Shown here one piece after another: positions 1 through 14,239 of a DNA stretch of 64,000 nucleotides. The notes beneath the pieces were generated by a model. That model saw only the letters and a list, made by a program, of their open reading frames with translations, searched no databases and had not been told where the DNA came from. Numbering within the stretch: position 1 is the stretch's first letter; every line of letters starts with the position of its first letter. The position numbers were made by a program, and so were the translations under genes. Source of the stretch: Carcharhinus longimanus (taxonomy: Eukaryota); the NCBI GenBank assembly GCA_030264375.1, contig JASCQW010000150.1:22091319-22155318 (forward strand). Reading direction: 5' to 3'.

Positions 1-78
1 ATAAACCTGGACTTTAACCTGGTGTTGTGAGACTTCTTACTGTGTTTACCACAGTCCAACGCTGGCATCTCCACATCA
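1..78. mobile_element. Partial arm of the Penelope-type terminal repeat family
   Basis: ATAAACCTGGACTTTAACCTGGTGTTGTGAGACTTCTTACTGTG...GGCATCTCCACATC is the reverse complement of the start of the copies at 16354 and 51174. Confidence 0.7.
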
Positions 79-1348
79 TGCCAGTCATTTTTAACAGTCT
101 AACATTAGGTAAAGCAGCAATTAAACTTTAATTAATCTTGAAGAAAAAGAGACTAAACAGGAAATAATTTCACTGCTTTGAAGCAGATAAAGATAATACC
201 ATTTTGTACACAATTCTCATTAACATTTCAATAATTTAGTTTGAGTTCTAATATCACAGCTTTCGATTTTGAGAAGAAATCTGCCCAAGATCACCATTCC
301 AAGAGTGATCTCCACTTTTCCCAGGGCAAGAAGGGCAATCTACAAGACCTAGCTACAAGACCTCCGTCCTGGGGGAAGAGTCTTAAGATCAACTCCTTGT
401 CCACTGCCCAAGCTCAACCAAACACCAGGTCCTTTCGGGGAACCCTCTCTATGCAGCTTTGCAGCAACAGAAGGACACATGGGTGCTTTGTCCAATTGAC
501 AGTTTTATGATCAGTTAGTAAGATTAAATGTTTTGAAGCGGTTTTTGAGTGGCTGTTTGCTTATTTTGACAGATTAATCAGCACTTGAGAAGAGAGATTG
601 TTTTTTCAATGGGAACTTCAATGGCTCAGTTGGACAGTTATGAGTTTCTAAGAGGATCAGTTTTATTCAAACAGGATCTGAACGAATGATTGTCTTTTTT
701 GATTTTCTAAGCATTTCAAAAATTTTCAGATATAATGTAGCTTATGGATTCTGTACATAGTGCAGTGAGTACATACAGAGGATGCAGGTGGGGTGCACAG
801 GGGGTGGCCATGGAGTGTAGAAAAAGAGCATGAAGGGTGCACGAGAACATGGAGGGGCCTCTGAGCGTGAGGTGTGAGAATCAGGGAGCCTAACCACCTT
901 GTAGAGACTGGGTTGACGATTCAGTAAACAGGGTGGGCCTTTTACCTGCCAGCCTTGGCATCTGCCCACTTTGGGCCTGCTTCAGGAGGCAACAATCATG
1001 ACACTGGCCTGCCCTCGACTCTGACTGATGAAAATTTTATGCAAATGGGCTGACTTTCAGCAATCTCAAATGCAACATAAGGAAATGGCTCAACTTTTGC
1101 TTCCTGACTCAAAGGGAGAAGTCTGGCCCAAGGAGTATAATCTGCAACTACAATTTGTACATGAGGTAAAAAGGGGGGAATTTCCCTGTCCTACCTGCCA
1201 CGGGAATTGTTGGGGGGGGTGGGGGGCGGTGGGGAAGAGACCATGCAAAGGTCCATTGACTTCGGGTGGGATTCTCCAGTTTTGGGGCAAGTGTTGCAGG
1301 AAAATCCCACCCATTTTGTTTTATTCAAACAAAATTCAAAAAGCCTAC

Positions 1349-1576
1349 CAGTGATGTTGATCTTTGCTGACCACTTTGATGTGCCATCCAGTACACTTTG
1401 TTTAATTGCCTTCATCTGTTGTGCGTGTACTGATTTTGGAAGTCCAAATACCTCCTGGATGAGCTCAAAGATTTCTGGCTTATTTCTTTCTCTGATTTTC
1501 ATTCGATCTTTTAGAACCATGATGATATTTTGTGTTCGGTCTTCTGCTCCATGTTTTGAACTCTTTTCAGCAGCGC
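1349..1576 (-). CDS. UNC13A: UNC13A exon, C1-C2B linker ([44 protein letters not shown]...[10 protein letters not shown])
   Basis: Acceptor TTATTTCAG|GC at 1577/1576 and donor G|GTAGGC at 1349/1348. 228 nt, phase 1-1. The translation is a recognisable Munc13 segment. Confidence 0.96.
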
Positions 1577-2075
1577 CTGAAATAATGGTAGAAGTAGTGC
1601 TAGTAGATGAAATCTAACAACACTTTGAATATAGTGGAAAATTGGAACAGTTGTTTACTAATATACAGCAAGGTTCTCAGCCATGTAAATTGAGATGCTA
1701 AAAAAAATCACATTTAACAAGAATTAACATTTTATTAACTGTGTTTTGTTTTTGAGGACTTAACAATAATTCATAGTTTAATCATGAGGTTTTTTGTTTT
1801 GTAATGGCTGCTTGACAGTACTGTACGCTGCAATTCCAGAGAGGAGAAACTACAACATCCAACCTAAAACAATGCTACTTTCTACTCAGTGTTGAATTGC
1901 ATTTAAATTGGACTGAAAAATATTCAAACCCAACCATCCTGCCAAAAATGTTCTGGGTGCCCCTCAAAGAGATAAAAGTTCAATATATTTTGTGTAAGAA
2001 TAAACCTGTAAGAATGATGCTGCCAATTAAATAGTTCTAATGGGTCTAACTGTTATGAGTACTTATAGTATATTA

Positions 2076-2351
<276 letters not shown>

Positions 2352-2789
2352 CTAACAAACAGAAATATTTCATTAGCATGCATTTTGCTGTATGGAGCTT
2401 AGGATCAAGTAATGTTTCTGTAGTACATATATTAATGAAAAATATTAGTTTAATTTAAAGAAAACCTTGCAAATTCTTCTCCTGTCTGCTTTATAGCCAA
2501 TTGTTCACATCAGGCTGATATTGATATTAAGCTATTACAGTGAGTAATCTGATACCAACCGAGAAATGAATTTCCTTAACTTTAAAAGAAGCACAACTTA
2601 CACTAAACTAAATAGCTTTCATATGTTGCGGAATGTGATATTAGCATCTTTTGAAAATACCATGTTTCCAAAAATATTGCACAGATGACAAGCATCACAA
2701 GCAATTCAGCTCAGTGGTAGATGAAAACTTATGGTAATATAATCAATAACCACTACCAACCTTTCTACCTCGAAAGGATAAGAAAAGGA

Positions 2790-3235
2790 CTCATTTTTAT
2801 GAGGGCTAAAATCAGAATTAAAGCATCAGTTACAAAGTATCTTAAGAGGAGAGAAAAGATAGGGGGACAGGCAGAATTCTATACCTTGGGACCCAGGCAG
2901 CTGAACTCACAGTAACGAATGGTGGAGCTATTAAAATTGAGGATACAAAAGGATTGGTGGCAGAGATCGTGGAATATTATAGGACTAGAAAAGGTTACAG
3001 AAATAAAGAGGGGCAAAGTAATGGAGGGATCCAAAAATGAGGAAAATTTTGAGATTGGCACTTTACCAGACCAGGTGCCAATATAAATCAGTGAGAATAA
3101 GGGTAATGGATCAATAGGATTTGGGAGTTACGGTAAGTGTAGCATTACTTTGGATGAGCTCAGATTAATGGAAGTTAGAAGATGGGAGGTTAGCGCTGGA
3201 ACAGTCAAGTCTATTGATATCAAAGACATGGAGGA
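2790..3235 (-). mobile_element. Old L2-like LINE 3' fragment
   Basis: Purine-rich degenerate sequence resembling, in reverse, the L2-like tail at 47700-48150. Confidence 0.4.
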
Positions 3236-3488
3236 GATGATATATTGATCCCCCAATCAGACTAAACCAACTTGTTTTGGGAGAGATTAATATTGTAACC
3301 AATTTATTTTTCCATTCAATCTCCTCCTCTTCTTTTTTTCAGAAGTGGATATTTCCTTTCTTCACCAGAAAAAAAACAATTATAAATGGCAATTTACAAT
3401 CTGTAAAGAAGCTCCACAGATGATTCAAAACTTAAACATTTTAAAAGAATTTATGTTTGGAACAAAATTATGTAGCAACTCATCTTAC

Positions 3489-3560
3489 CAGCTCTTCATC
3501 ATTAAGAGTACGAGTTGCCAGTGCAGAAGTGATGCCAGCTTTTCTTGATTGCACCAAAGA
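3489..3560 (-). CDS. UNC13A: UNC13A exon (SLVQSRKAGITSALATRTLNDEEL)
   Basis: Acceptor TATATAG|TCT and donor CTG|GTAAGA. 72 nt, phase 0-0. Not in the ORF track; read manually. Confidence 0.95.
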
Positions 3561-4972
3561 CTATATAAATAAAGAGATAGATTACCTATACATTCAAAGA
3601 CATACCCCAAACATTTTTCAGGCAAATTGTGTTTTTGTAACAGCTGATATTATGCAGTACATATAACAGGGAAATTAACCCCCAAAAAGGAAGCAGCATT
3701 TCTTATTCAACAACCAGAATAGAACCGAATGGCCAGCAAAGAAAAACCCCTTAAACTGTTGAAGCATTTTGCCTCAAACAATTCTATGCAAGTACTGCAA
3801 TTTTACATTTCAGCAAAATTAAACTTCTTTTAATTGATTTAAAAGAAAAGCGCACAAAACTAGGTAATGATTGTCTGAAGATGTATCAGCTGAATGACTA
3901 AAGACAGAAGTTTAATGTCAGAAGAATTTTATGGATGGTATATTTGGCATGAGTGAATGTCTATTAATTGATAAATAAATAAACCAGAAGCAAAGATATC
4001 AAAATCTCAAATAACTAGAGTTACTTTTCCTTTATTAATTATATAGCCATCTGTGCTAGTTTCACTTGGTATTGTATATTATTATTCACTCCTTAATATT
4101 ATTCACTCCTTAAGAATCTGTAAAGCTTTGGATTTGAAAATTAGAAATAGTTTCATTTTCAATGCCAGTGGCTTCCATTTTAACAGTTTCTAGAAAGAAC
4201 TTCAATCTAGGAGAGACATGAAACAATATCATTGCTGAAACATTAGATAAAGTAAGGATTTGTTATTGGACAAACATTATTTGGCACATCATGAAGAATC
4301 TCCATTTTGGAGCCCAACTAAAAATGTTAATATTTTGTATTTAAGTAACACCTTTAAAACTGCTTAGCTGGCAATGGCTTCTAAAAATTGCTTGGTCATT
4401 GATGAAGGTATGTTACTGTCCCAATCTAATTTGATCTAAACAATTCTACACAAAATAAAAATATAGGAAGAAAGGATGCAGGAGTGCATGAATCCTGAAC
4501 CAAAATGATCCAAACTAGGCAGACGTAGAATGTGGTATGGGGTTTATATGCAAAACCATAAGTATTACTTTTGTATGCATTTTGTGGTCAGGCTACTTGC
4601 TACTCATGTCTAGCAATTCAATAAAATAAAATTGCATAAGCAAAGAAAAGAATCACAAAAGTCCATTAAATCCCTGGTTAACTTTATGACAATTTGTTTC
4701 TTGCTCCACTGTAAAAAAATTACACTTTAAGATTTGATAAAAGATTGCCTTCAAAACCTGTTCTGTAATTATTATATTTTAAGCTTGAAAACTTATCAGG
4801 TAACTGTAAATTTCAATTGCTCTGATAAGAAACTGACCAATTAATATCGCCTGAGGGGATTCATAACCACACTTAACGTGACCTATTTAATTCAGTGATA
4901 TTTGGTTCAAGGTCTATGCATCACTATTAGATCTTCACTAGACCTAGATTACACCACATATAAAGCACTTAC

Positions 4973-4978
4973 CATAGC
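4973..4978 (-). CDS. UNC13A: UNC13A 6-nt microexon (Ala-Met)
   Basis: Minus strand reads TTCATCATTGCATTCACTTTGTGCAG|GCTATG|GTAAGT, phase 0-0. It supplies the AM of the Munc13-1 sequence ...VSDL-AM-SLVQSRK. Confidence 0.88.
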
Positions 4979-7656
4979 CTGCACAAAGTGAATGCAATGA
5001 TGAAATAAATTACAAAACATTAATACATGGATTAAAAAACATCTAAGGCTTGACATTGAGCACAAACCACAAGGTCAGTCATCGTGGACACTATTGGCAG
5101 GAAATAAATAGGCTGTATTCATAAAACTACAATTCTGATTTCTGTGCCATTTTCAACTAATTATTTAATTTTTATATTTTACGTTCTTTGTTTTAACTTG
5201 ACAATTATTAAACAGGAAAACAAAAAAAAGTCCCTCAAGGGAAAGAATTAATATTTCTGGCACTTATTATTTTTACTGACCGATCATGAATAATTCTTGC
5301 CGGATTGCAAATAAATATCTTGTTGATTAAATCTGAGATGCATCTCTTGTTTAGTGATTCCTTCTTTGATGAACTCCTCTATTTACAGGCATTCTATTGT
5401 GTCTATTGAGGTATAGTTTCACTGATACCTGAATCAAGTTTTATTAAAATAACATGTTAAAAAGCTTGCCAAAGACTTTAAATAATGTGTGGTCAGTTAC
5501 TAATTATCAAGAAGTTTATTCCACCTCTCATAATATGGAAAATTTAAGCACTGCAATCTTAAAGGATATTAATAACAAGTATTACTTTGGTTGGCAATTA
5601 GGTTTAAATCCACGGTTTTAATATATTAAACATCAAAACTACTGGGCTTCTATATGGCTTTTTAAATATTTCCCATAAATGCATATACTGTAGCAATATC
5701 AACTAATTGCTATTTCATTTAAAATTGAGTTGTAAGTTTGCACTTGGTTTCTTTTTTTTTACATATTCTGATACTAAATAACGTTTCCTATCTGAGAGGA
5801 ACAGCATCTACCATGTACTCCGAATTCTGTTTATGGCTTTTTAGAATGATTTTGCAAATAGGTTCACAAAAATAGGGCAGAGAGATTTGTCTGCTGATTC
5901 TACCTCAGTCATGTGGGAAAACATCTTTTTCTACTTTTCATCAAGAGTTAGTTGGAATCAGGAGCTTGCTATGCAAGAACTAAAGCCATGATTCTTTGGT
6001 CTATTTCTCAGCTACACAACATCTATGTTTGCAATCTACCCCACTAACATCAATGATTCATTCATATTTTAATATCTCAATAGAATCAGTTGTGTTCAAC
6101 GTGCAAAACTGACTTGTGCACAAAATCCTAGGCCTCTATCTGGAAATAAAACTGTGTTATAATTTGAGTTATAATGTCTTCTTATTTAGGTTGCAATCTA
6201 AGGAAAACACAAATAAATACGGTGTTTATTGCATTTAATTTTCAAGTGAGTAATATTAATGGCTTCCTTGATGTCAGACAAAAAGTAGAATCAAATTGAT
6301 CAATGTTTGAAGATACATTTGCAGTCTAACTATTTAGCATCGTTAATCATCAGTTTATTAACTTGTGGAAGTAGGAATGCCCATGATTCTGACACAGTCA
6401 CAATTATCACAATCTTATGCGCCTACATTAATCAACTCAGCCAGACACTATACATGAGTGATCTAAAAGAGAAGCATATGGAAGAAGCTACATTAAGAAT
6501 CTAAGTATTATAGGATGGCTCATGGAGTTTGACACAAGACATCAGTAGGCTTGAAACAAAATAGAAACAGCAGCTAGGCATTGAGCACCACTGTGCAAAT
6601 ATTACAACTATTTTTAAGTTATAGGATGACAAAGTGAGAAAGAAAATTTTAAATATTATGTCATAACAAGCATGCTTCTACTCTGATCTACTATATAATA
6701 GTTACAAGTGATAGCATCTTTCTGGACTAGTTTCCAAACGTTCATGGAAATAACAGCCCTTAATTGCCAAAAACAAGCATTGAAGCCAGTTGTGAATATT
6801 AGATTAGGTAAACTGAAGTCATTTGTAACTACATCCAGTAATAGTCTACAGATTGTGTTATTAGGGGTCATTATGATGATCAGTTTACAAGTACTACTGA
6901 TATGTTTCTGAACATGCTAATGTGATCACTTCACTGAACTAATTTGAACAAATGGTTCCAGCCACCATTACAGTGCAATTTTATATATGTAACAGTGGAT
7001 ATTGAAGCAGAGACCCTAGCCAGAATTTTACCAGCATGCCCTCCCCGGAATCAGGGTGGGTGAGGCTCGCAGAATGGAATTCTCTGTGGCCTCAGGCAGG
7101 CAAGGTCATAAAATACCAGTCCCTGTGTTTAAATACTTTTTTTTATAAGAGAAAAATAATTAACTGTAAATATCTATCACCATTTAATATTTGCTGAAAA
7201 CTTACAGGCTTATTCTGTAGCTTTTACACATTATATTTTGTTGGAATTGTTCAGAAAATTGCTGCCAAAATGAGCATTATTTCTAGAATAAATTAACTTT
7301 AAGGTCAACAACTTTAACCACCCATGGACTAGTTATTGTTATTTTATTTTACGGATCTGTAAACATACCTTATGAGTATGAGCCAACCTTCTGAATAGTT
7401 TTATAGAACTGTACACAATTAGTATTTTCCAAACTAAATTTTTGTTCAAGCTTTCAGTGAAACATAATCACAGCACAAACATTTGATATTTTAAATCAAT
7501 TGTTTTTACAATGGGGTAAAACAAATCTGCCAACTGAAATGGTTTTTCATTTGCCATAAAATGCAGCATTATTTAACCAATACTTAACATACTTGGACAT
7601 ATTATGTGTATGCAAGTGCCAGTTAGATCGAGAGTTAAAAGATTAATGGTCTAACA

Positions 7657-8128
7657 CAGCGATGAACAAGCTTGATTACAGTGAGTGGGCCACATGAGTG
7701 GCCCTCCTTCATCTCAGTGGGCTGCAAGACTGAAATCAGACTTGTTCAGTAACCAAGATCCTTCGAATAAGATTAAATCATTTAGTACACACCAAATATT
7801 TTATAATGAGTTACTGAATTTTGAATCATTTATATTCAAATAGAACCATCATCAACTTCAAGTGGTAAAAACAAAACAAATATTTACTCTTTGGGCACAA
7901 GGGGAGCACATGTCTCTAACAGTCAGTGTGATTATGTACGCAATCAGCATGCATCTCACTTCAGTTGTCCTTGCTTTATCTGTATATCACTTCAGTCATA
8001 CCAATAAGAGAAAAAACTATGTGGACGAAAATCAGCAAAATGTGGCAACCATGACCAAAATGTCTCACGGGCCACACTCAGAACCCAGATGGGCCACATT
8101 TGGTCCCTGGCCACAAGTTGCTGGTCAT
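7657..8128. mobile_element. Possible non-autonomous hAT-like DNA transposon
   Basis: GGGCCACA motifs near both ends and degenerate inverted termini around an AT-rich core. Confidence 0.4.
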
Positions 8129-9359
8129 TCGTCTTACAATTTATCTTATTACCAATAAATTCCACTTTCTGCTTCCATAGTTGTGTGTGTCCTACACATC
8201 CATCCCTAACTTAATGTTAGGAAAGAGATGCACTTGGACATCTTCTGCCAGTATCTGTAACTGGTCATTAGAACTTTAAAAACATTCAAGGGTGTGTACT
8301 CCTGTAGTTTCCCTCTTTTCTATAAACCAAAGCAATACTTCTTTGTAATTATTGTGTTTTCATAAAAATCATTTAGAATGTGAACATTTCACCAAATTTA
8401 TATATATTTTTAATTTTAGTCATTAACTGTTTCCAAGTTTAAATGCAATGGTGCAGTTTAAAGAGATTTACCACTGGAAATCTCTATAAATGTTAAATCA
8501 ATTGCACTTTGAATTTAATTTTGAAGTTGATCATTAATGCAGTAATGATTTTTGATCCTCAACTTTACTAACTTGGTCTTGTCCCACCAAATTTGCAAAA
8601 GTAACATGCTTTTAATGTTGCAATTTGACAGTTCTCTGCTCAAAAAGTAAAACCATAAATTATCTCTCACTATGTGACATGGAACTGTGTAATTAAAACA
8701 GCAGAAATATAGCAATGCTCCAAACAGATCTATTTTGTCCAGCAAATGTAAGTACAGGGTATACTACAATTCTCAGTATTAAAAGGAATAATTTAAATTA
8801 CCCCCACACACTTGACATTTATATTTAACATGATCTCACATTGTGGTGGGCATACGTTATATAACAGGTGATATTTGTAAAAGGTTATAGTAGTTATCTC
8901 AGCATTTAATTACTCCATTAGTAAGCTAAGGCTTCACACTTATCCTCTCAAAAATAGGAATGATTGTGGATGGACAATGTGTCATTTTGGTAATCACCAT
9001 AGAATTGATGCAGATTGAGATATGGTTGGCTGACAAGGTCTTTAGTCACAATTCCAATACTGTCAGCAGCAAAATAATCATGTTAGTGTCAAAGATTCTC
9101 CTGATTGTACTTCCTTTGGCAAAGGACCTATGCTCACTGCAGATTAGACCAAAATTGATAAATGTTCAATTTGCTTGTTAACTTGAGAGGTCTTTGAATG
9201 GTAGAAGGGACCTCATTTATTTAGCCTATGAACAGTGTCAAAAAATCCTTGCAAAAGGCAGCAGCAAATGGTGGAAAAAAGTGAAGATGATCAAAGAAGG
9301 AGCGAGTTGTTCCATCGATAAAGTTTTACAACAGGTACAACTCAAGCATCCGTGGGTTA

Positions 9360-12300
9360 GAGAATATCATGAATAGCACTTATAGATAGGTGGCCACGCT
9401 GCAGGCTCAGACTCCGCAGGCAGGAAGGGAATGAGTGACTACCAGACACAGCAACACAGATAGGCAGGGAGTTGTAGAGGTTTACAGCATGGAAACAGGC
9501 CCTTCGGCCCAACTTGCCCATGCTGCCTTTTTTTTTTAAATATAAACCCCTAAACTAATACCAATTGCCCGCATTTGGCCCAGATCCCTCTATACCAAAG
9601 TAGTGCAGGAATTTCCTCTGGCTATTCCTCTGCAAAACAGAAATACCATTTTGGATACTGTTGAGAGGAATGACCTCTCAGGGAAAAGCAGCAGCAACCA
9701 AACTTGTTGCACCACAGTTGGTTATGCTGCAGAGGGGAAGAGTAAAAAGTGTGCCAGTGCAATAATTATAGGGGATTCAATTGTAAGGGAAATAGACAGG
9801 CAATTTCTGTGGCTGCAAACAAGACTGGGATGGTATATTGCCTTCTTGGTGCTAAGGTCAAGGATGTCTCGGAGCGGATGCAGGACATTCTGGAGGGGGA
9901 GGGTGAACAGTGAATGGCCATGGTACATATCGGCACAAATGACAATGGTGAAAAAAAGGATGAGGTCCTAAAAGCAGAATTTAGGAAGCTAGTGAGAAAC
10001 TTAAGAAATCGGACTTCAAAGGTAGTGATCTCAGGATTACTACCAGTACCACGTGCTAGTCAGAGTAGAAATGATAGGCTATATTGGATGAATACGTGGC
10101 TGAAGAGATGGTGTTGGGGCAAGGTTTCAGATTTCTGGGGCATTGGGATCTATAGAAATTGAATGGGTTACACCTGGGCAGGGCTGGGACTGATGTTGTG
10201 GGGACAGTGTTTGCTAGAGTGGTTCAGGAGGGTTTAAATGCCAGGGGTATGGGAAGCAATGTAAGGAGTCAGAGGAGGAAGCAAGGACAGTATCAAAAGG
10301 TAGAAAAGGGAATAAGAAAAATGATATGCAAAGAAACCAAGGACAAAGTCAAACAGGGTTATAGAGAAAAATATTCAGAGTGAAACAAATGGATGTTAAA
10401 AAGACAAGCTTAAAGGCTCTGTGCCCAAATGCGCGGAGCATTCGCAATAAAATCAATTAACTAATCGTGCAAATAGATGTAAATGGATACGTTATATTGG
10501 AATTGCGGAGACATAGTTGCTGGGTGGGAATTGAATATCCCAGGGTATTCAATACTTAGGAAGGACAGGCATAAAAGGAAAAGGTGGAGTGGCACTACTG
10601 GTTAAAGAGGAAATTAACAATAGTGAGAAAGGATTTAGCTCCGACAACGCAGAGTTTGCATGGATGGAGCTGAGAAATACCATGGGGCAAAAAAGTTAGT
10701 GGGTGTCAAATATAGACCCCCAAACTGCAGTGATGATATTGGGAATGGCATTAAACACAAAATTAGAGATGCATGTGATGAGAGAACATCGGTAATCACG
10801 GGCGATTTTAATCTGCACGTATATTTGGGAAATCAAATTAGTCACAATGCCGTAGAGGAGGAATTCCTGGAATGTATATGGGATGGTTTTCTTGGCCAAT
10901 GGGTGGAGGAACCAATTAGAGAGTAGGCCATCTTAGACTGGGTACTGTGTAATGAGAAGGGAATCATTGCCAATCTAGCTGTACGAGACCTCTTGGGGAT
11001 AAGCAACCATAACATGATAGAATTTTTTATCAAAATGGAGAGTGAAGTGGTTGATTCAGAGACTAGGGTGTTGAATCTTATAAAGGAAACTATGAGGATA
11101 TGAGGCATGAGTTGGCCTTGATAGATTGGGGAGAGTTACTTAAAGGGACAACAGTGGATAGGAAAGGGCAAACATTCAAGGAACGCATGGGGGATCTGCA
11201 CAAGCTGTTTATTCCTGTCTGCACAAAAGCAAAATGAGTAAGAGGACCAATCCATGGCTTATAAAGGAAATTAGAGAGAATATCCGATCCAAGGAACAAG
11301 CGTACAGATTGGCCAAGAAAAATAACAGGTCTGAGGATTGGGAACCGTTTAGAATTCAGCAAAGAAGGACCAAGGGATTGATTAAGAAGGGGAAAATACA
11401 GTACGAAAGTAAGTTTGTAGGGAACATGAAGACTGACACTAAGTTTCTATATATGTGAACGTAAGAACATAAGAACACAAGAACATAAGAAATAGGAGCA
11501 GGAGTAGGCCATCTAGCCCTTCGAGCCTGCCCCGCCATNNNNNNNNNNNNNNNNNNNNNNNNNNNNNNNNNNNNNNNNNNNNNNNNNNNNNNNNNNNNNN
11601 NNNNNNNNNNNNNNNNNAAGATCGATGAGAGGGAAGAACTGAGGGAGATCAATATTGTAGAGAAATAGTGCTGGGAAAGTTGATGAGATTGAAGGTGGAT
11701 AAATCCCCAAGGCCTGATAACCTATATCCCAGAGTATTTAAGGAAGTAGCTCGAGAAATAGTGGATGCATTGGTGGTCATCTTCTAGGATTCTATAGACT
11801 CAGGAACAGTCCGTGCAGATTGGGGGGTAGCTCAATATTCAAAAATGGAGTTGAGAGAAAGCAGGGAATTATAAACCAGTAAGCTTAAAATCAGTATTGG
11901 GAAAATTCTCACATCCATTATCAAGGACTTTACAGCGCAGCATTTCGAAAGCAGTAGCAGGATCAGACAGAGTCAGCATGGATTTATGAAGGAGAAATTA
12001 TACTTGACAAATCTGTTGGAATTCTTTGAAGATGCAATCGATTGGAAAGGGGATCCAATCGATGTAGTATATTTGGACTTTCAGAAAGCTTTTGACTAAG
12101 TCCCGCATAAGAGATTATAGTGCAAGATTAAAGCGCATGGGATTGGTGGAAGTGTATTGAAATGGATAAAAAACTGGTTGGCAGAGAGGAAACAAAGTGT
12201 AGGAATTAATGGGTGCTTTCAAATTGGCAGGCAGTGACTACTGGGGTGCCACATGGATTGGTACTGGGATCCCAGCTGTTCACAATATATATTATTTGGA

Positions 12301-13236
12301 TGAGAGAACAAAATATACATCTCAAAGTTTGCAGATGATACCAAGTTGGGTGGGAGGATAAACTGTGATGAGGATACAGAGATCCTTCAGAATGATCTGG
12401 ACAGGTTGGGTGAGTGGGCACATCAATGGCAGATGCAGTATAATTTGGTTAAATGGAAGATTATTCACTTTGGAAGCAAAAACAAGAAAGCAAATTACTA
12501 CTGAATGGCCATAAATTGGGAGAGAGGAGTGTGCAACGAGACATGGGTGTCCTTGTGAACCAGTCACCGCGGGTAAGCATGCAGGTGCAGCAGCGGTAAA
12601 GAAGGCTAATGATATGTTGGCTTCTTTGCAAGAGGTTTCGAGTACAGGAGCAGAATGTCTTGTTGCAATAATGCAGGGTCTTGGTGAGGCCATACCTAGA
12701 GTATCGTGTGCAATTTTGGTCTCCTTTTCTGAGGAAGGATGTTTTGGCTCTCGAGGGAGTGCACAAAGGTTTAAGTGGGCTGATTCCAGGGACAGCAGGA
12801 CAGATGTATGAGGAGAAATTGACTAGGTTAAGATTGTTTTCGCTGGAGTTCAGATGAATGATGGGAGATCTCATAGCGACTTATAAAATTCTAACAGGAC
12901 TAGACAGGGTAGATGCAGGGAGGATATTCCTAAGGGTGAAGGAGTTCAGAACCAGAGGTCACAGTCTGAGGATTCAGTCCATTTAGGAGATGAGGAGACA
13001 TTTCTTCACCCAAAGAGTGGTGAACCTATGGAATTCATTCCCACACGAAGTAGTTGATACCAAAACATTGAATGTATTCAAGAAGCGATTAGATATAGCA
13101 CTCAGAGCGAATGGAATTAAAGGTTAAGGGGAAAAAGCAGGGTTAGGCTATTGAATTGGAAGATAAATCATGATCATAATGACTGGGGGACCAAGCTTGA
13201 AGGGCTAAATGGCCTCCTCCTATATTTCTATGTTTC
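9360..13236 (+). mobile_element. Near full-length degenerate CR1 LINE (ORF1 esterase; ORF2 endonuclease and reverse transcriptase)
   Basis: ORF1 SGNH/GDSL motifs IIGDSIVR, VHIGTND, VVISGLLPVP. Endonuclease motifs NARSIRNK, YRPPN, GDFN. RT motifs QHGF, YLDFQKAFD, KFADDTK. CR1 3' tail present. Many stops and frameshifts. Short antisense CR1 tails are nested at about 9475-9600 and 11461-11538. Confidence 0.92.
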
Positions 13237-14239
13237 AACATTAAAACGTCCTGCAAAGCCAGAAGCATCATGAGATCATTTGGGAACCATAATTGAGCAC
13301 ATTGCATGACCCATTGCAACAAGCATCACTTCATCAACACATAGAAAATCCAGGCCGCTGTGCATCTGCTGTCACCCTGGGAGCTGTCAAGCCAGCTTGA
13401 CAGAAAGAGCAAGACATTCAACTCCTGCCGCTGACCAGAAAGGTGTCAGAAACAGTTGCAAATATGCCCTTGGCCCACACTGTAGCCAATGGCACAGCTG
13501 CAGATTCAGATCCGTGCCTCACAACCTTTAGATGTTGGCTCTAGTTATCAAGATAATGCTCCTGATCACACTCCTGATTTTGGAGACAAGAAATTGGGTT
13601 CAATTAATTCAGGTTCACTTACTTGACATTCACTGAAGGTTTATTCTGTCACAGGATATCATGCCTCCCATTCCAAATTATTCTTGTGGTTAAATATGAA
13701 TAAAATGCAATTTGTAAATGCTCTCATCATGCTGTGATACATATTATTAATAACACAGCAGGTAAAATTACATTTTAACTGATAAAGGGAGATATTCCAT
13801 GGGAAGTCTGTGAACAGGTTGAAACTGCTTTGTGCGAGGAGTTCCAACAGAGCCTGACTAGCTCAGTTGATTTTGTAATGAGATTCTTATTTTCAGGGTC
13901 ATGGTTTCAAATCCCATATTCGGTGATACATTCTTTTCTTCAATATGTTATTCAAAATAATTTTTATAATGGAATTTTCCTGAAAAGTGGCCTTAAACTA
14001 AATGACATTTCCCAATTCATGTTGGAATTTGGGAAATTTCCTGAATATATATCAAAATTTACTGAATTGTCAAAAGTACATTTTGCAGAGGGAATTGTTG
14101 CTAAATGAGAGGTGGACCAGAAACAAGAACTTGCATATAGGTAAGGACTGCACAGATTTAAAAATGGGTAACTGGAACTTTGTTAGTCTACGTCAAGCCA
14201 ACCAACTTGTTTCAATGCAAGAAGTGAACACTGATACTG

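Noticed and set aside
1207-1617. 136-aa plus-strand ORF
   Set aside because: Antisense shadow of the UNC13A exon at 1349-1576 plus a repeat; no independent protein features.
13623-13632. 10-nt microexon candidate CAG|TGAATGTCAA|GTAAGT
   Set aside because: Weak polypyrimidine tract, begins with a stop codon and is not a multiple of three. No support beyond the motif match.
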